From positions 2,633 to 66,632 of the forward strand of contig VXRE01000020.1 of assembly GCA_009838635.1 (NCBI GenBank): 64,000 nt of DNA. Reading direction: 5' to 3'. The position numbers were made by a program, and so were the translations under genes. Source of the stretch: Acidimicrobiia bacterium (lineage in GTDB: Bacteria > Actinomycetota > Acidimicrobiia > Spongiisociales > Spongiisociaceae). This document shows, in pieces, positions 1 to 7,888 of this stretch (position 1 is the stretch's first letter; each line of letters begins with the position of its first letter). The notes below the pieces were generated by a model. The model did not search any database. It was not told where the DNA came from and saw only the letters and a list, made by a program, of their open reading frames with translations.

Positions 1-1
1 G

Positions 2-175
2 GCCGACGACATCCAGTCCGGTATCGATGCCCTCTTCCAGGCCTCTGCCGTGCTGGCCCAGAAGATGTACGCATCGGAGGCCGAGGAACAGGCGGCCGCC
101 ACCGACGGTCAGGCGATGCCGGATGAAGAGGACATAGTGGAGGCCGAGATCATCGATGAGGGGGAGGACGCTTGA
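2..175 (+). CDS. dnaK: Chaperone DnaK (Hsp70), C-terminal end only; the gene begins upstream of the window
   Basis: Frame is open from the window edge to TGA at 173-175, reading ADDIQSGIDALFQASAVLAQKMYASEAEEQAAATDGQAMPDEEDIVEAEIIDEGEDA. This is an acidic Hsp70-type tail. It lies directly upstream of grpE-dnaJ-hspR. Confidence 0.8.
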   Translation, partial: ADDIQSGIDALFQASAVLAQKMYASEAEEQAAATDGQAMPDEEDIVEAEIIDEGEDA

Positions 176-834
176 CCGGTGCTACCCGGCCGGGTGCCGA
201 TCCTTCCGGCGCTCCGCCTGAGGAGGTGACGAAGCCAACGCCCGAGGAGGTGGTCGAGGCCGTCCTCGAAGACGACCCATGTGACCGGATCGATCACATG
301 GAGCTTCCCGAGGATCCGGACGAGGCCGTGGCGCTCCTGATCAACGAGCTGCTGGCGGCCCGGGAGGCTGCCGAGCAGGCGGAGGACAGGTGGAAGCGGT
401 CGGTTGCCGAGTTCGACAACTATCGCAAGCGCACCGCACGGGCCCGGCAGGAGTCGGTCGCGCGCGCGTCGGAGCGAGTGATGCTCCAGATCCTTCCGGT
501 GCTCGACAGCCTCGACGCCGCCCTGATCATGGAGAGCGCGGACGGGCCCTCGGACGGCGGCTTGCGCCGGGGAATGTCCAGCACGCGGGAGCTCCTGCTC
601 TCTACGCTGTCCCGGGAGGGCCTCGAGCCGATCGCGGCCCTGGGCGCCGGGTTCGATCCCACCCTCCATGAAGCGGCCCAGATGGCCGAGGGGAGCGGCA
701 AGATGGTGGTGACGGCCGAGTTACGGCGTGGCTACCTCCTCAAGGGGAGGGTTGTCAGGCCTGCCCTGGTCGCGGTGGGCTACGAGTCGACCTCACCTTC
801 CGAGGCGGAAGCCGGGGAGGAGGATCCGGCGTGA
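172..834 (+). CDS. grpE: Nucleotide exchange factor GrpE
   Basis: 220-aa ORF with GrpE signatures (AEFDNYRKRTARA, ILPVLDSLDAAL, GYLLKGRVVRPALVAV). The TTG start overlaps the dnaK stop. Confidence 0.9.
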   Translation: MTGATRPGADPSGAPPEEVTKPTPEEVVEAVLEDDPCDRIDHMELPEDPDEAVALLINELLAAREAAEQAEDRWKRSVAEFDNYRKRTARARQESVARASERVMLQILPVLDSLDAALIMESADGPSDGGLRRGMSSTRELLLSTLSREGLEPIAALGAGFDPTLHEAAQMAEGSGKMVVTAELRRGYLLKGRVVRPALVAVGYESTSPSEAEAGEEDPA

Positions 835-853
835 TCCTGTCCGGGGGTCGTCC

Positions 854-1945
854 ATGAACCGCGACTGGCTCGAGAAGGACTTCTACCGGCTCCTCGAGGT
901 GGGGAAGGATGCCGACCAGGCGACCATCAAGAAGGCGTACCGGCGGCTGGCCCAGAAGCTCCATCCGGACGCCAACCCGGACGATCCGAATGCCGCCGAG
1001 CGTTTCAAGGGGGTCTCGGAGGCCTATTCGGTGCTGTCGGACGCCGACCGGCGAAGGGAGTACGACCAGGTCCGCTCCATGGGAGCGCAGGGTTTCGGCC
1101 CGGGGGGCGGCCCATTCGCCGGAGGGCAGGTCCGGATCGAAGACCTGTTCGGCGGTGCGGGGGGCATCGGTGACCTGTTCAACTTCGGCCGGGGTCGCAG
1201 GGGTCCCCAGCGTGGCGCCGATATGTCGGCCACCCTGGACCTGACCTTCGAAGAGTCGATCCGGGGGACCACCAGTCCGGTGCCGGTGCAGGGCGCCGTC
1301 CAGTGCGGGCGCTGTTCGGGCTCGGGAGGGGAGCCCGGGACTCCGGTGGACGTGTGCGGGAACTGCGGTGGCACCGGCACGGTCGCTTCCAACCAGGGCT
1401 TCTTCTCCTTCACCAACCCGTGCCCGGTGTGCGGCGGCGCCGGCAGGAACGTGGAGTCGCATTGCCGCCAGTGCAGCGGCTCCGGCCAGGAAGTCCGGGC
1501 ACGCACCATCAAGGTGCGGATCCCTCCCGGCATCAGGGACGGAAACACGATCCGGCTGAGAGGTCGGGGAGCGCCCGGGCCGAGGGGCGGTCCCCCGGGA
1601 GATCTGCTGGTCAAGGTCAGGGTGGGTCAGCACTCTGTGTTCTCCCGTAAGGGCGACAACCTGACCATGCAGCTGCCGATCACGTTCACCGAGGCGGCGC
1701 TGGGCGCCAAGGTGAGGGTGATGACGCTGAACGGCCCCGTCACGCTCAAGATCCCGGCCGGCACGCCCTCCGGCAAGACCTTCCGGATACGCAAGGAGGG
1801 CGTGCGGAGGGACTCGGGGCGCCCCGGCGACCTGCTGGTCACGGCGCAGGTGACCGTCCCCGAGAAACTGCCGAGAGATGCCAGGAAGCTCCTGGAAGAG
1901 TTCAAGGACAAGTACGAGACCGCTGACCCGCGAGCGCATCTTTAA
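854..1945 (+). CDS. dnaJ: Co-chaperone DnaJ (J domain, G/F region, four CxxCxGxG zinc-finger repeats)
   Basis: From ATG 854: MNRDWLEKDFYRLLEVGKDADQATIKKAYRRLAQKLHPDANPDD (HPD motif). Zinc-finger repeats CGRCSGSG, CGNCGGTG, CPVCGGAG and CRQCSGSG are present. The ORF-track start at 728 is probably too far upstream. Confidence 0.93.
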   Translation: MNRDWLEKDFYRLLEVGKDADQATIKKAYRRLAQKLHPDANPDDPNAAERFKGVSEAYSVLSDADRRREYDQVRSMGAQGFGPGGGPFAGGQVRIEDLFGGAGGIGDLFNFGRGRRGPQRGADMSATLDLTFEESIRGTTSPVPVQGAVQCGRCSGSGGEPGTPVDVCGNCGGTGTVASNQGFFSFTNPCPVCGGAGRNVESHCRQCSGSGQEVRARTIKVRIPPGIRDGNTIRLRGRGAPGPRGGPPGDLLVKVRVGQHSVFSRKGDNLTMQLPITFTEAALGAKVRVMTLNGPVTLKIPAGTPSGKTFRIRKEGVRRDSGRPGDLLVTAQVTVPEKLPRDARKLLEEFKDKYETADPRAHL

Positions 1946-1959
1946 GAAGGAGGTTACGG

Positions 1960-2376
1960 ATGGCCGGCAAGAGAATCTCACCCGAACTGGAGGCGGTCTA
2001 CGTCATCTCGGTCGCAGCCTCGCTATCCGGCATGCATCCCCAGACCCTCCGCATCTACGAGCGAAGGGGGCTGATCGAGCCGTTCCGGACGCCCGGTGGT
2101 ACCCGCCGCTATTCGGATGCCGACCTCGAGCGCCTCTCCCTGATCCAGAATCTGACCGGCCAGGGCATCAACATCGAAGGGGTTAAGCGCATCATCGCCC
2201 TAGAAGAGGAGAACCAGTTCCTACGGGACGAGGTACGGAGGCTGCGCCGCCAGAGGAAGGCCGCTCAGGAGACCGCTATAGCGGCGACCGAAGCGCTGCA
2301 GGAGACGAGGCGCAGCCTGGCCGGCGAGATCCTGGTGCGCCGCGACATCCTCCGCTTCCCCGAGTTCCCGCGGTAG
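1960..2376 (+). CDS. hspR: MerR-family heat-shock repressor HspR
   Basis: 138 aa with a MerR HTH (YVISVAASLSGMHPQTLRIYERRGLIEPFRTPGGTRRYSDADLERL). It occupies the last position of the dnaK operon, as in Actinobacteria. Confidence 0.88.
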   Translation: MAGKRISPELEAVYVISVAASLSGMHPQTLRIYERRGLIEPFRTPGGTRRYSDADLERLSLIQNLTGQGINIEGVKRIIALEEENQFLRDEVRRLRRQRKAAQETAIAATEALQETRRSLAGEILVRRDILRFPEFPR

Positions 2377-2391
2377 CCGGGAGGAGAACAA

Positions 2392-2853
2392 ATGGAGTTC
2401 CAGCCGGTCGGCTTCGGTGGCAGCGAGCGCCCCAGAGTTGTATTGCCCGCCCCCGATCCCGGTTTGTCGGGCCGGATCGGCGCGGCCTCCACGCTCGATG
2501 AACTCGCCCGGGCGGTCGCTGCCCATCCCGACTCGATGGATGCCTGGGCGGCCCTGGGGCAGTGGTACGAGCGGAGCGAGGTTACGGTGGTGAACGCGGT
2601 CGCCGCCTATGCCTGTTTCCGGGTCGGTTACCACCGCGGGCTGGATGCGCTGCGCCGCAACGGCTGGAACGGCAGCCAGTCGGTCAGGTGGGAGGACGCG
2701 CCGAATCGGGGATTCCTGAGGTGCGTTTCAGGACTGGCGCGGATGGCCGACCGCCTCGGTGAGCTCCCCGAAGCCGAGCGATGCGCCCGGTTCCTGATCG
2801 ACCTGGATCCGGACTGGAATCAGTCAACCGGGATGGCGGAACCGGTGGGCTGA
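2392..2853 (+). CDS. Conserved actinobacterial protein, DUF3151-like
   Basis: 153 aa. The segment AYACFRVGYHRGLDALRRNGWNGSQSVRWEDAPNRGFLRCV matches my recollection of the DUF3151 family. The assignment is from memory only. Confidence 0.55.
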   Translation: MEFQPVGFGGSERPRVVLPAPDPGLSGRIGAASTLDELARAVAAHPDSMDAWAALGQWYERSEVTVVNAVAAYACFRVGYHRGLDALRRNGWNGSQSVRWEDAPNRGFLRCVSGLARMADRLGELPEAERCARFLIDLDPDWNQSTGMAEPVG

Positions 2854-2926
2854 TTGACTAGGATTCACCGAGCGGCCCTGCTACCAGGGCTGAACGCTAC
2901 GCGAACCTGAGAGGGGGAATGCATCA

Positions 2927-3172
2927 ATGGCATCTACCGCAGAACGACTCACCAATCTGGTCAACGAGAACATCGAGGTCGATGGCCAGAAGCTGGACAT
3001 CCCGGACGATCTGAACATCAGCCTCATGAACTCCGGTGTGTCCTCCTTGGAGGCCGTTGCCCTGGCGAAGCTGATAACTCAAGAGTTTGGTGTGGAGTTT
3101 GCTGTTGAGGACTGCTACGCGTTAGACACGTTGAAGGATGTCGCAGCCTTTATCGACAGCAATTCCGCCTAG
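2927..3172 (+). CDS. Stand-alone acyl/peptidyl carrier protein-like (phosphopantetheine-binding)
   Basis: 81 aa, acidic and four-helix-like. The candidate attachment serine lies in NSGVSSLEAVALAKLI (compare the DSL motif). Strong SD (gagaggggga) upstream. GC is clearly lower than the flanks. Confidence 0.6.
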   Translation: MASTAERLTNLVNENIEVDGQKLDIPDDLNISLMNSGVSSLEAVALAKLITQEFGVEFAVEDCYALDTLKDVAAFIDSNSA

Positions 3173-3187
3173 CTAGCCCGCAGATGT

Positions 3188-3206
3188 CGGAGCCGATCCG
3201 GCTCCG
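3188..3206. terminator. GC-rich hairpin between the convergent carrier-protein and hydrolase genes
   Basis: CGGAGCCG-atc-CGGCTCCG forms a perfect 8-bp stem with a 3-nt loop. There is no long T tract. Confidence 0.4.
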
Positions 3207-3241
3207 CTCTGCCCTCCTCAACCTCGCGATTCAACGCGACA

Positions 3242-4129
3242 TCAAGTCGTGACCGAGTTGATGTAGTCGCGTACTATCGCCGCGCACTGCTCCGGTTGTT
3301 CGAGCGGAAGAAAATGGGTGGCTTCAGGAAGGAAGTCGTAGTCGACACTCAGCATGTCACTGAGGTCGAGCGTGGGCAGGTACGAGTACGGTACCAATGG
3401 GTCAGCCCCTAAGACCTTGGTCGGGCACTCGAGATCGTTGAAATCCACCAGCACCGAGTACGAGCTGGCGTAGTCGATTATCTGTGCCTCAAATTCCCGG
3501 GGGCATCTAAGCCTGTACGTGTCGTCGGTTCGGTCTTCACGGAGAGTGGTCCTTGCCATCAGATCGAGAACACCCGGTACAACCTGACGGAAGACGGGTG
3601 AGAAGCCGAGAAGCCCCACGAACTCATCGTACGATCGGAACCGGTCGCTACGACGGCGTGCGATGGCCGCTGTACGGGTAGCGGCTATGTCGAACTCCTC
3701 GTAGCTCCTACCCGGAGTGCAAAGAGGTGGATCCAGCAGGATCCGTGCCGCGAAGCCGCTTCCCCGTGTAGGGGACAGGAGGCTTACCAGTCCCGACAAG
3801 GAATGGAAGACACCTATCTTCGGTTTCTGTCCATAGGTTTCATCAATGGCCTCTAGAATATTGTCATGATCCTTAATAAACGTAGGTATGGTGTGGGCTC
3901 TCAAAGAGCCTGTTTCGTTCCATCCATGGTTCCTTAAATCGTAGAGTATTATATCACAATCTTTGGCGAGTAACGACCAGAATGGTAAATATAGATCAAT
4001 AGCCAGTCCGTTACCGTGACTCAGTACGAGCCGCGGACCCGAGGCTCTTCCGTGGCGGCGCAGAGTGATTCGGGTGCCGTCCTCCAGACGGACACCGTGC
4101 ACCGAACTCGGTTCCGGAACCTTCCACAC
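3242..4129 (-). CDS. Alpha/beta-fold hydrolase
   Basis: 295 aa. It has an oxyanion-type LSHGNG, a nucleophile elbow VFHSLSGL, and a C-terminal EATHFLPLEQPE (catalytic His region). The 5' half of the gene is markedly AT-rich. Confidence 0.8.
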   Translation of the reverse strand: MWKVPEPSSVHGVRLEDGTRITLRRHGRASGPRLVLSHGNGLAIDLYLPFWSLLAKDCDIILYDLRNHGWNETGSLRAHTIPTFIKDHDNILEAIDETYGQKPKIGVFHSLSGLVSLLSPTRGSGFAARILLDPPLCTPGRSYEEFDIAATRTAAIARRRSDRFRSYDEFVGLLGFSPVFRQVVPGVLDLMARTTLREDRTDDTYRLRCPREFEAQIIDYASSYSVLVDFNDLECPTKVLGADPLVPYSYLPTLDLSDMLSVDYDFLPEATHFLPLEQPEQCAAIVRDYINSVTT

Positions 4130-4200
4130 AGGGTCCGAACCCTAACCAAGCCGACGACCCTGCATGTTCGTCCGGCTGATCGCCGATCTGGAAGGCTGCG

Positions 4201-5151
4201 ATGGATGGCGGGGCAACGTCCTACAATCGGCGCATGACCGAGACCGACCGCCGACCGATCGACTACATCGCCGTGACCAGGGAGACCTACGCCCAGCTGG
4301 GTTACCAGCCCTACCGCTGGGCCCTCAACGAAGACCCGCCTTCGTGGGCCACGCTCGGCAAGCCGCTCTCGGAAGCCCGGCTGGGCTTGATCGCCTCGGG
4401 TGGGATCTACCGGCACGGGCAGGTGGCCTTCACCCACCGCGATGACGTGACCCACCGGGAGATCCCCACCGACGTGGACAGCGCCGAAGTCCGGGTGACT
4501 CACTTCGCCTTCGATCCGGCCGCCGCCCGGCGGGATCCCAACGTGGTCTTCCCGATCGACACCCTTCGTCATCTGGTTGCCGAGGGCACTGTGGGGGAGC
4601 TGGCGCCGCTGGCGCTCACCTTCATGGGCGGCATTTACTCGCAGCGCCGGCTGGCCTCCGAACTGATCCCGGTACTAGTGGACCGTGTCCTCGAATTGGA
4701 GTTGGACGCGGTGCTGCTGGTACCTGTCTGACCGGTGTGCCACCAGTCAGTTGGGCTGGTCAGTAGGGCGATCGAGCGCAAGGGCGTGCCCACCCTGTCC
4801 ATGACCAGCGCCCACTCCATCACGGCATCGGCCAACCCGCCTCGGGCGGCCTTCACCGACTTCCCGCTGGGTCACACCTGCGGGCCGCCTGACCGGCCGG
4901 TGGAGCAGCGGTCGATCATGCGCGACGCCCTGGCGCTGTTCGAGACCATGGACCGGCCGGGAATCGTGGACCTGGGCTACACGTGGCCCGCGCCATGGAA
5001 GGAAGCAGCGCTGCGACCGGGGGATCATCGCACCCCTCGTCACGACACCCCCCAGTACCAGAATCGGGATGACCGGGAGGCCGCGGTGGTGGCATACGGG
5101 GTCGGGATCGCCTGCCGGGCCGGCATCCCGGGCGATGTGCCCCGCTGCTGA
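4201..5151 (+). CDS. Glycine/sarcosine/betaine reductase component B (GrdB)/PrdB-family protein with one in-frame TGA (4729-4731); candidate selenocysteine
   Basis: ORFs 4201..4731 and 4735..5151 are in the same frame, separated only by TGA plus one codon. Read-through gives ...AVLLVPV-U-PVCHQSVGLVSRAIERKGVPTLSM, a U-x-x-C redox motif. An alternative start is ATG 4234. Confidence 0.6.
4742..4760 (+). promoter_or_regulatory. Candidate bacterial SECIS-like hairpin downstream of the in-frame UGA
   Basis: A-CCAGUC / GGCUGG-U forms a 7-bp stem (one G-U pair) with apical loop AGUUG. It starts 11 nt after the UGA. Folded by eye only. Confidence 0.35.
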
Positions 5152-6050
5152 TGGTCTCCGAACTGTTCGATCCGCTTGCCTGGCGCCCGGTAGAGGGTCT
5201 CTCCTTCGACGACATCACCTACCACCGGGCGGTCGATCAGGGAACGGTACGGGTGGCTTTCGATCGACCCGAAGTGCGCAACGCCTTCCGGCCGCAGACG
5301 GTGGACGAGCTCTATGTCGCCCTCGATCATGCCCGCCAATGGAGCGACGTGGGGACCGTCCTGCTCACCGGGAACGGCCCGTCTCCCAAGGATGGAGGTT
5401 GGGCTTTCTCCTCAGGCGGGGACCAGCGCATCCGCGGTAGAGCCGGTTACATGTACGCCGAGGGTGAAGGCGCCGCGGACATCGACCCCGCCCGTCTCGG
5501 AAGGCTCCACATCCTCGAGGTCCAGCGCCTGATCCGGTTCATGCCCAAGGTGGTCATCGCGGTGGTGCCGGGTTGGGCGGTAGGGGGTGGTCATAGCCTC
5601 CACGTGGTCTGCGACCTGACCCTGGCCTCGGAGGAGCACGCCGTCTTCAAGCAGACCGACTCCGATGTGGCCTCGTTCGACGCCGGATTCGGGTCGGCCT
5701 ACCTGGCCCGCATGGTGGGCCAAAAGCGGGCTAGGGAGATCTTTTTCCTCGGCGCCGACTACTCGGCCACGGAAGCCTTTCGTATGGGGATGGTCAACAA
5801 GGTGGTGCCTCATGCGGACCTGGAGGAGACCGCGCTGGAGTGGGCGGGGATCATCAACGCCAAGAGCCCCATGTCGCAGCGGATGCTCAAATTCGCCTTC
5901 AACCTGATCGATGATGGTCTGGTGGGCCAGCAGGTCTTCGCCGGCGAGGCCACCCGCCTCGGCTACATGACCGAAGAGGCCCAGGAGGGGCGGGATGCCT
6001 TCGTGGAGAAGCGTCCCAAGGACTTCTCGCGCTTCCCCCGTTATTACTAG
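5151..6050 (+). CDS. menB: 1,4-dihydroxy-2-naphthoyl-CoA synthase
   Basis: 299 aa with a crotonase fold and MenB-specific stretches (GNGPSPKDGGWAFSSGGDQRIRG, VPGWAVGGGHSLHVVCDLTLAS, EGRDAFVEKRPKDFSRF). Its ATG overlaps the upstream TGA by 1 nt. Confidence 0.93.
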   Translation: MVSELFDPLAWRPVEGLSFDDITYHRAVDQGTVRVAFDRPEVRNAFRPQTVDELYVALDHARQWSDVGTVLLTGNGPSPKDGGWAFSSGGDQRIRGRAGYMYAEGEGAADIDPARLGRLHILEVQRLIRFMPKVVIAVVPGWAVGGGHSLHVVCDLTLASEEHAVFKQTDSDVASFDAGFGSAYLARMVGQKRAREIFFLGADYSATEAFRMGMVNKVVPHADLEETALEWAGIINAKSPMSQRMLKFAFNLIDDGLVGQQVFAGEATRLGYMTEEAQEGRDAFVEKRPKDFSRFPRYY

Positions 6051-6085
6051 TTTCTAGTTGTTAGTTACTAGTTGCTAGTTATTGG
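6048..6085. repeat. CTAG-heptad array, locus A (direct heptads only)
   Basis: TAG TTTCTAG TTGTTAG TTACTAG TTGCTAG TTATTGG. The first TAG is the menB stop. CTA at 6075-6077 is the stop of the minus-strand small ORF. Confidence 0.8.
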
Positions 6086-6257
6086 TGGAGTCGATTTTAC
6101 TTTGTTGCGCTAGGTAGAGCCAGCCGAGGCCATGAAGGGCCACGCCGATGAGCAGAACGAGGGTGACCAACCAGTGGCCGAGAACCGCGGCGAACAGGGC
6201 AGCGATCACCGCCAGCGTCACCAGCGCCGACCGTACACCGTTCAGGGGTCCGTACAT
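6075..6257 (-). CDS. Small hypothetical membrane protein (two predicted TM helices)
   Basis: 60 aa, hydrophobic (ALVTLAVIAALFAAVLGHWLVTLVLLIGVALHGLGWLYL), with GC-rich third positions except in the last ~12 codons, which run into the heptad array. No SD is visible. Confidence 0.45.
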   Translation of the reverse strand: MYGPLNGVRSALVTLAVIAALFAAVLGHWLVTLVLLIGVALHGLGWLYLAQQSKIDSTNN

Positions 6258-6266
6258 GCCGCCAGT

Positions 6267-6374
6267 CTAGGAGGGTGCTGAAAAAGACGGGGATTGGTTG
6301 CCCTCGGCTTCTTCACCTGGGGGTTCAATCGAGTCGTTCGGGCCACCTGGACGTTTTTCAGTACCCTCCTAAGG
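6267..6374. repeat. 108-bp element bounded by long inverted repeats (structured RNA or MITE-like)
   Basis: Left arm TAGGAGGGTGCTGAAAAAGACG (6268-6289) pairs with right arm CGTTTTTCAGTACCCTCCTA (6352-6371). That gives 18 contiguous pairs (one G-T), plus 2 more after a 2-nt bulge, enclosing 62 nt. Confidence 0.6.
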
Positions 6375-6501
6375 AGCGGGGCGTCAGTATCCTCAGCGGG
6401 GTATCCGCTAGCGACTTGACGGCTGGATTCACCGGAGCGAGGGTTTCAGGGGACTGGTGTGGCGACGGCGCCCGCCCGTCCTCATGTGGAGACTGGAGAC
6501 G

Positions 6502-6945
6502 ATGATGGACAACGAAGTCTGGAGATGGGTGTGGACCGGCCTGGCCCTGCTCATGGGTCTCGGGGAGATAGTCACGGCCGGGTTCTTCCTGCTCCCGTTC
6601 GCGATCGGCGCCGGCCTCGCCGCCATTGCTGCCTGGACAGGAGTGAGCGACATCGTCCAGTGGTTGCTCTTCTTCGTCGGTACCGGGATCTCCTTCCTGT
6701 ACGTGCGCCGCTTCATGAGGGCCCAGGATGAGGACGGGGGGCTGGTGGTGGGGCCCGGTCGCTACGTCGGGATGGAGGCCCTGGTGCTGGAGACGATCGA
6801 CACCGGCGCCAACACCGGGTTGATCAGGGTCGAGGCGGAGGAGTGGCGGGCCGTCACCGAAGGTGAGCCCATTGCCGAGGGTGGAAGGGTCGAAGTTGTG
6901 GACCTGCGAGGTACCCGCCTGGTTGTCAGACCACTAGACCGGTAG
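6502..6945 (+). CDS. NfeD-family membrane protein
   Basis: N-terminal TM helices ([37 protein letters not shown]) plus a C-terminal OB-like domain ([37 protein letters not shown]). It lies directly upstream of an SPFH gene, the classic pairing. ATG 6502 is preferred over the ORF-track start at 6457. Confidence 0.8.
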   Translation: MMDNEVWRWVWTGLALLMGLGEIVTAGFFLLPFAIGAGLAAIAAWTGVSDIVQWLLFFVGTGISFLYVRRFMRAQDEDGGLVVGPGRYVGMEALVLETIDTGANTGLIRVEAEEWRAVTEGEPIAEGGRVEVVDLRGTRLVVRPLDR

Positions 6946-6970
6946 AGACCAACAAAGAAAGGACAATCCG

Positions 6971-7888
6971 ATGGAGGTAGCGGGCGTATTGCTCTTGGGC
7001 ATCATTGCCCTGGCGGTCTTGCTGATCGCAGCGAGCGGATTCCGTATCGTGCGGCCGTACGAGCAGGGTCTGATCGAGTTCCTCGGCAAGTACCAGAGGA
7101 CCGTCTCGCCCGGGCTCCGGTTCGTCATCCCGTTCGTGCAGAGAATCCTCAAGGTGGACATGCGCGAGCAGGTGGTGGACGTGCCGCCGCAGGAGGTCAT
7201 CACCAAGGACAACGTGGTGGTCACGGTGGACGCGGTGATCTACTTCGAGGCGACCGATCCGGTGAAGCTCAAGTACGCGGTCGGGAACTTCATCCTGGCC
7301 ATCACCAAGCTGGCCCAGACCAACCTGCGTAACGTGGTCGGCGACCTCCAGCTCGACGAGGCTCTGGTCTCCCGCGAGGTCATCAACAGCAAACTCCGCC
7401 AGATCCTCGACGACGCCACCGACAAGTGGGGCACCAGGGTGGTCAGGGTGGAGATCCAGCGGATCGAGCCGCCGCCGGACGTGACCGAAGCCATGCACCG
7501 CCAGATGAAGGCGGAGCGAGGCCGTCGGGCGGTGGTGACCGAAGCCGAGGGAGACAAACGATCCGCCATCCTCAAGGCCGAGGGCGTCAAGCAGGCCGCG
7601 ATCCTCCAGGCCGAGGGCGAGGCCGAGGCCATCAAGCGGGTGGCCGACGCAGACAAGTACCAGAAGCTGACAGTGGCCGAAGGTGAGGGACAGGCCATCG
7701 AACGGGTCTTCCTGGCGATCCACAACGGCGATCCGACCGATGACCTGATCGCTATCAAGTACCTGGAGGCCCTGCAGGGCGTAGCCGACGGTCAGGCCAC
7801 CAAGATATTCCTACCGCTCGACACGTCGGGCCTATTGGGCGCGGTGGCCGCGATCGGCGAGATGTTCAAGGAAGGCGCAACCGAATAG
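6971..7888 (+). CDS. SPFH/Band-7 (stomatin/prohibitin-like) protein
   Basis: 305 aa with an N-terminal TM helix, an SPFH core ([36 protein letters not shown] ... [12 protein letters not shown]) and a coiled-coil tail. Confidence 0.9.
   Translation: MEVAGVLLLGIIALAVLLIAASGFRIVRPYEQGLIEFLGKYQRTVSPGLRFVIPFVQRILKVDMREQVVDVPPQEVITKDNVVVTVDAVIYFEATDPVKLKYAVGNFILAITKLAQTNLRNVVGDLQLDEALVSREVINSKLRQILDDATDKWGTRVVRVEIQRIEPPPDVTEAMHRQMKAERGRRAVVTEAEGDKRSAILKAEGVKQAAILQAEGEAEAIKRVADADKYQKLTVAEGEGQAIERVFLAIHNGDPTDDLIAIKYLEALQGVADGQATKIFLPLDTSGLLGAVAAIGEMFKEGATE

Noticed and set aside
1-175. An HspR operator (HAIR inverted repeat) for the heat-shock operon.
   Set aside because: The dnaK promoter lies upstream of the window. 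I found no CTTGAGT-N7-ACTCAAG-like repeat in the short intergenic gaps of the operon inside the window.
755-1981. A 408-aa minus-strand ORF covering the whole dnaJ region.
   Set aside because: It is antisense to an unmistakable dnaJ. The Arg/Pro/Gly/Leu-rich, low-complexity translation is typical of out-of-frame reading of high-GC DNA, and no motif was recognised.
4735-5151. The 138-aa ORF treated as an independent gene starting at GTG 4735.
   Set aside because: It is in frame with the upstream ORF across a single TGA. It has no SD of its own, and both halves belong to one GrdB/PrdB-like domain. I therefore treated it as one recoded (or nonsense-disrupted) gene.
6275-6505. A 76-aa ORF whose GTG directly follows an AGGAGGG sequence.
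   Set aside because: The SD-like sequence overlaps the GTG with no spacer. The translation is not protein-like. The AGGAGGG is better explained as one arm of the 6267-6374 inverted repeat.
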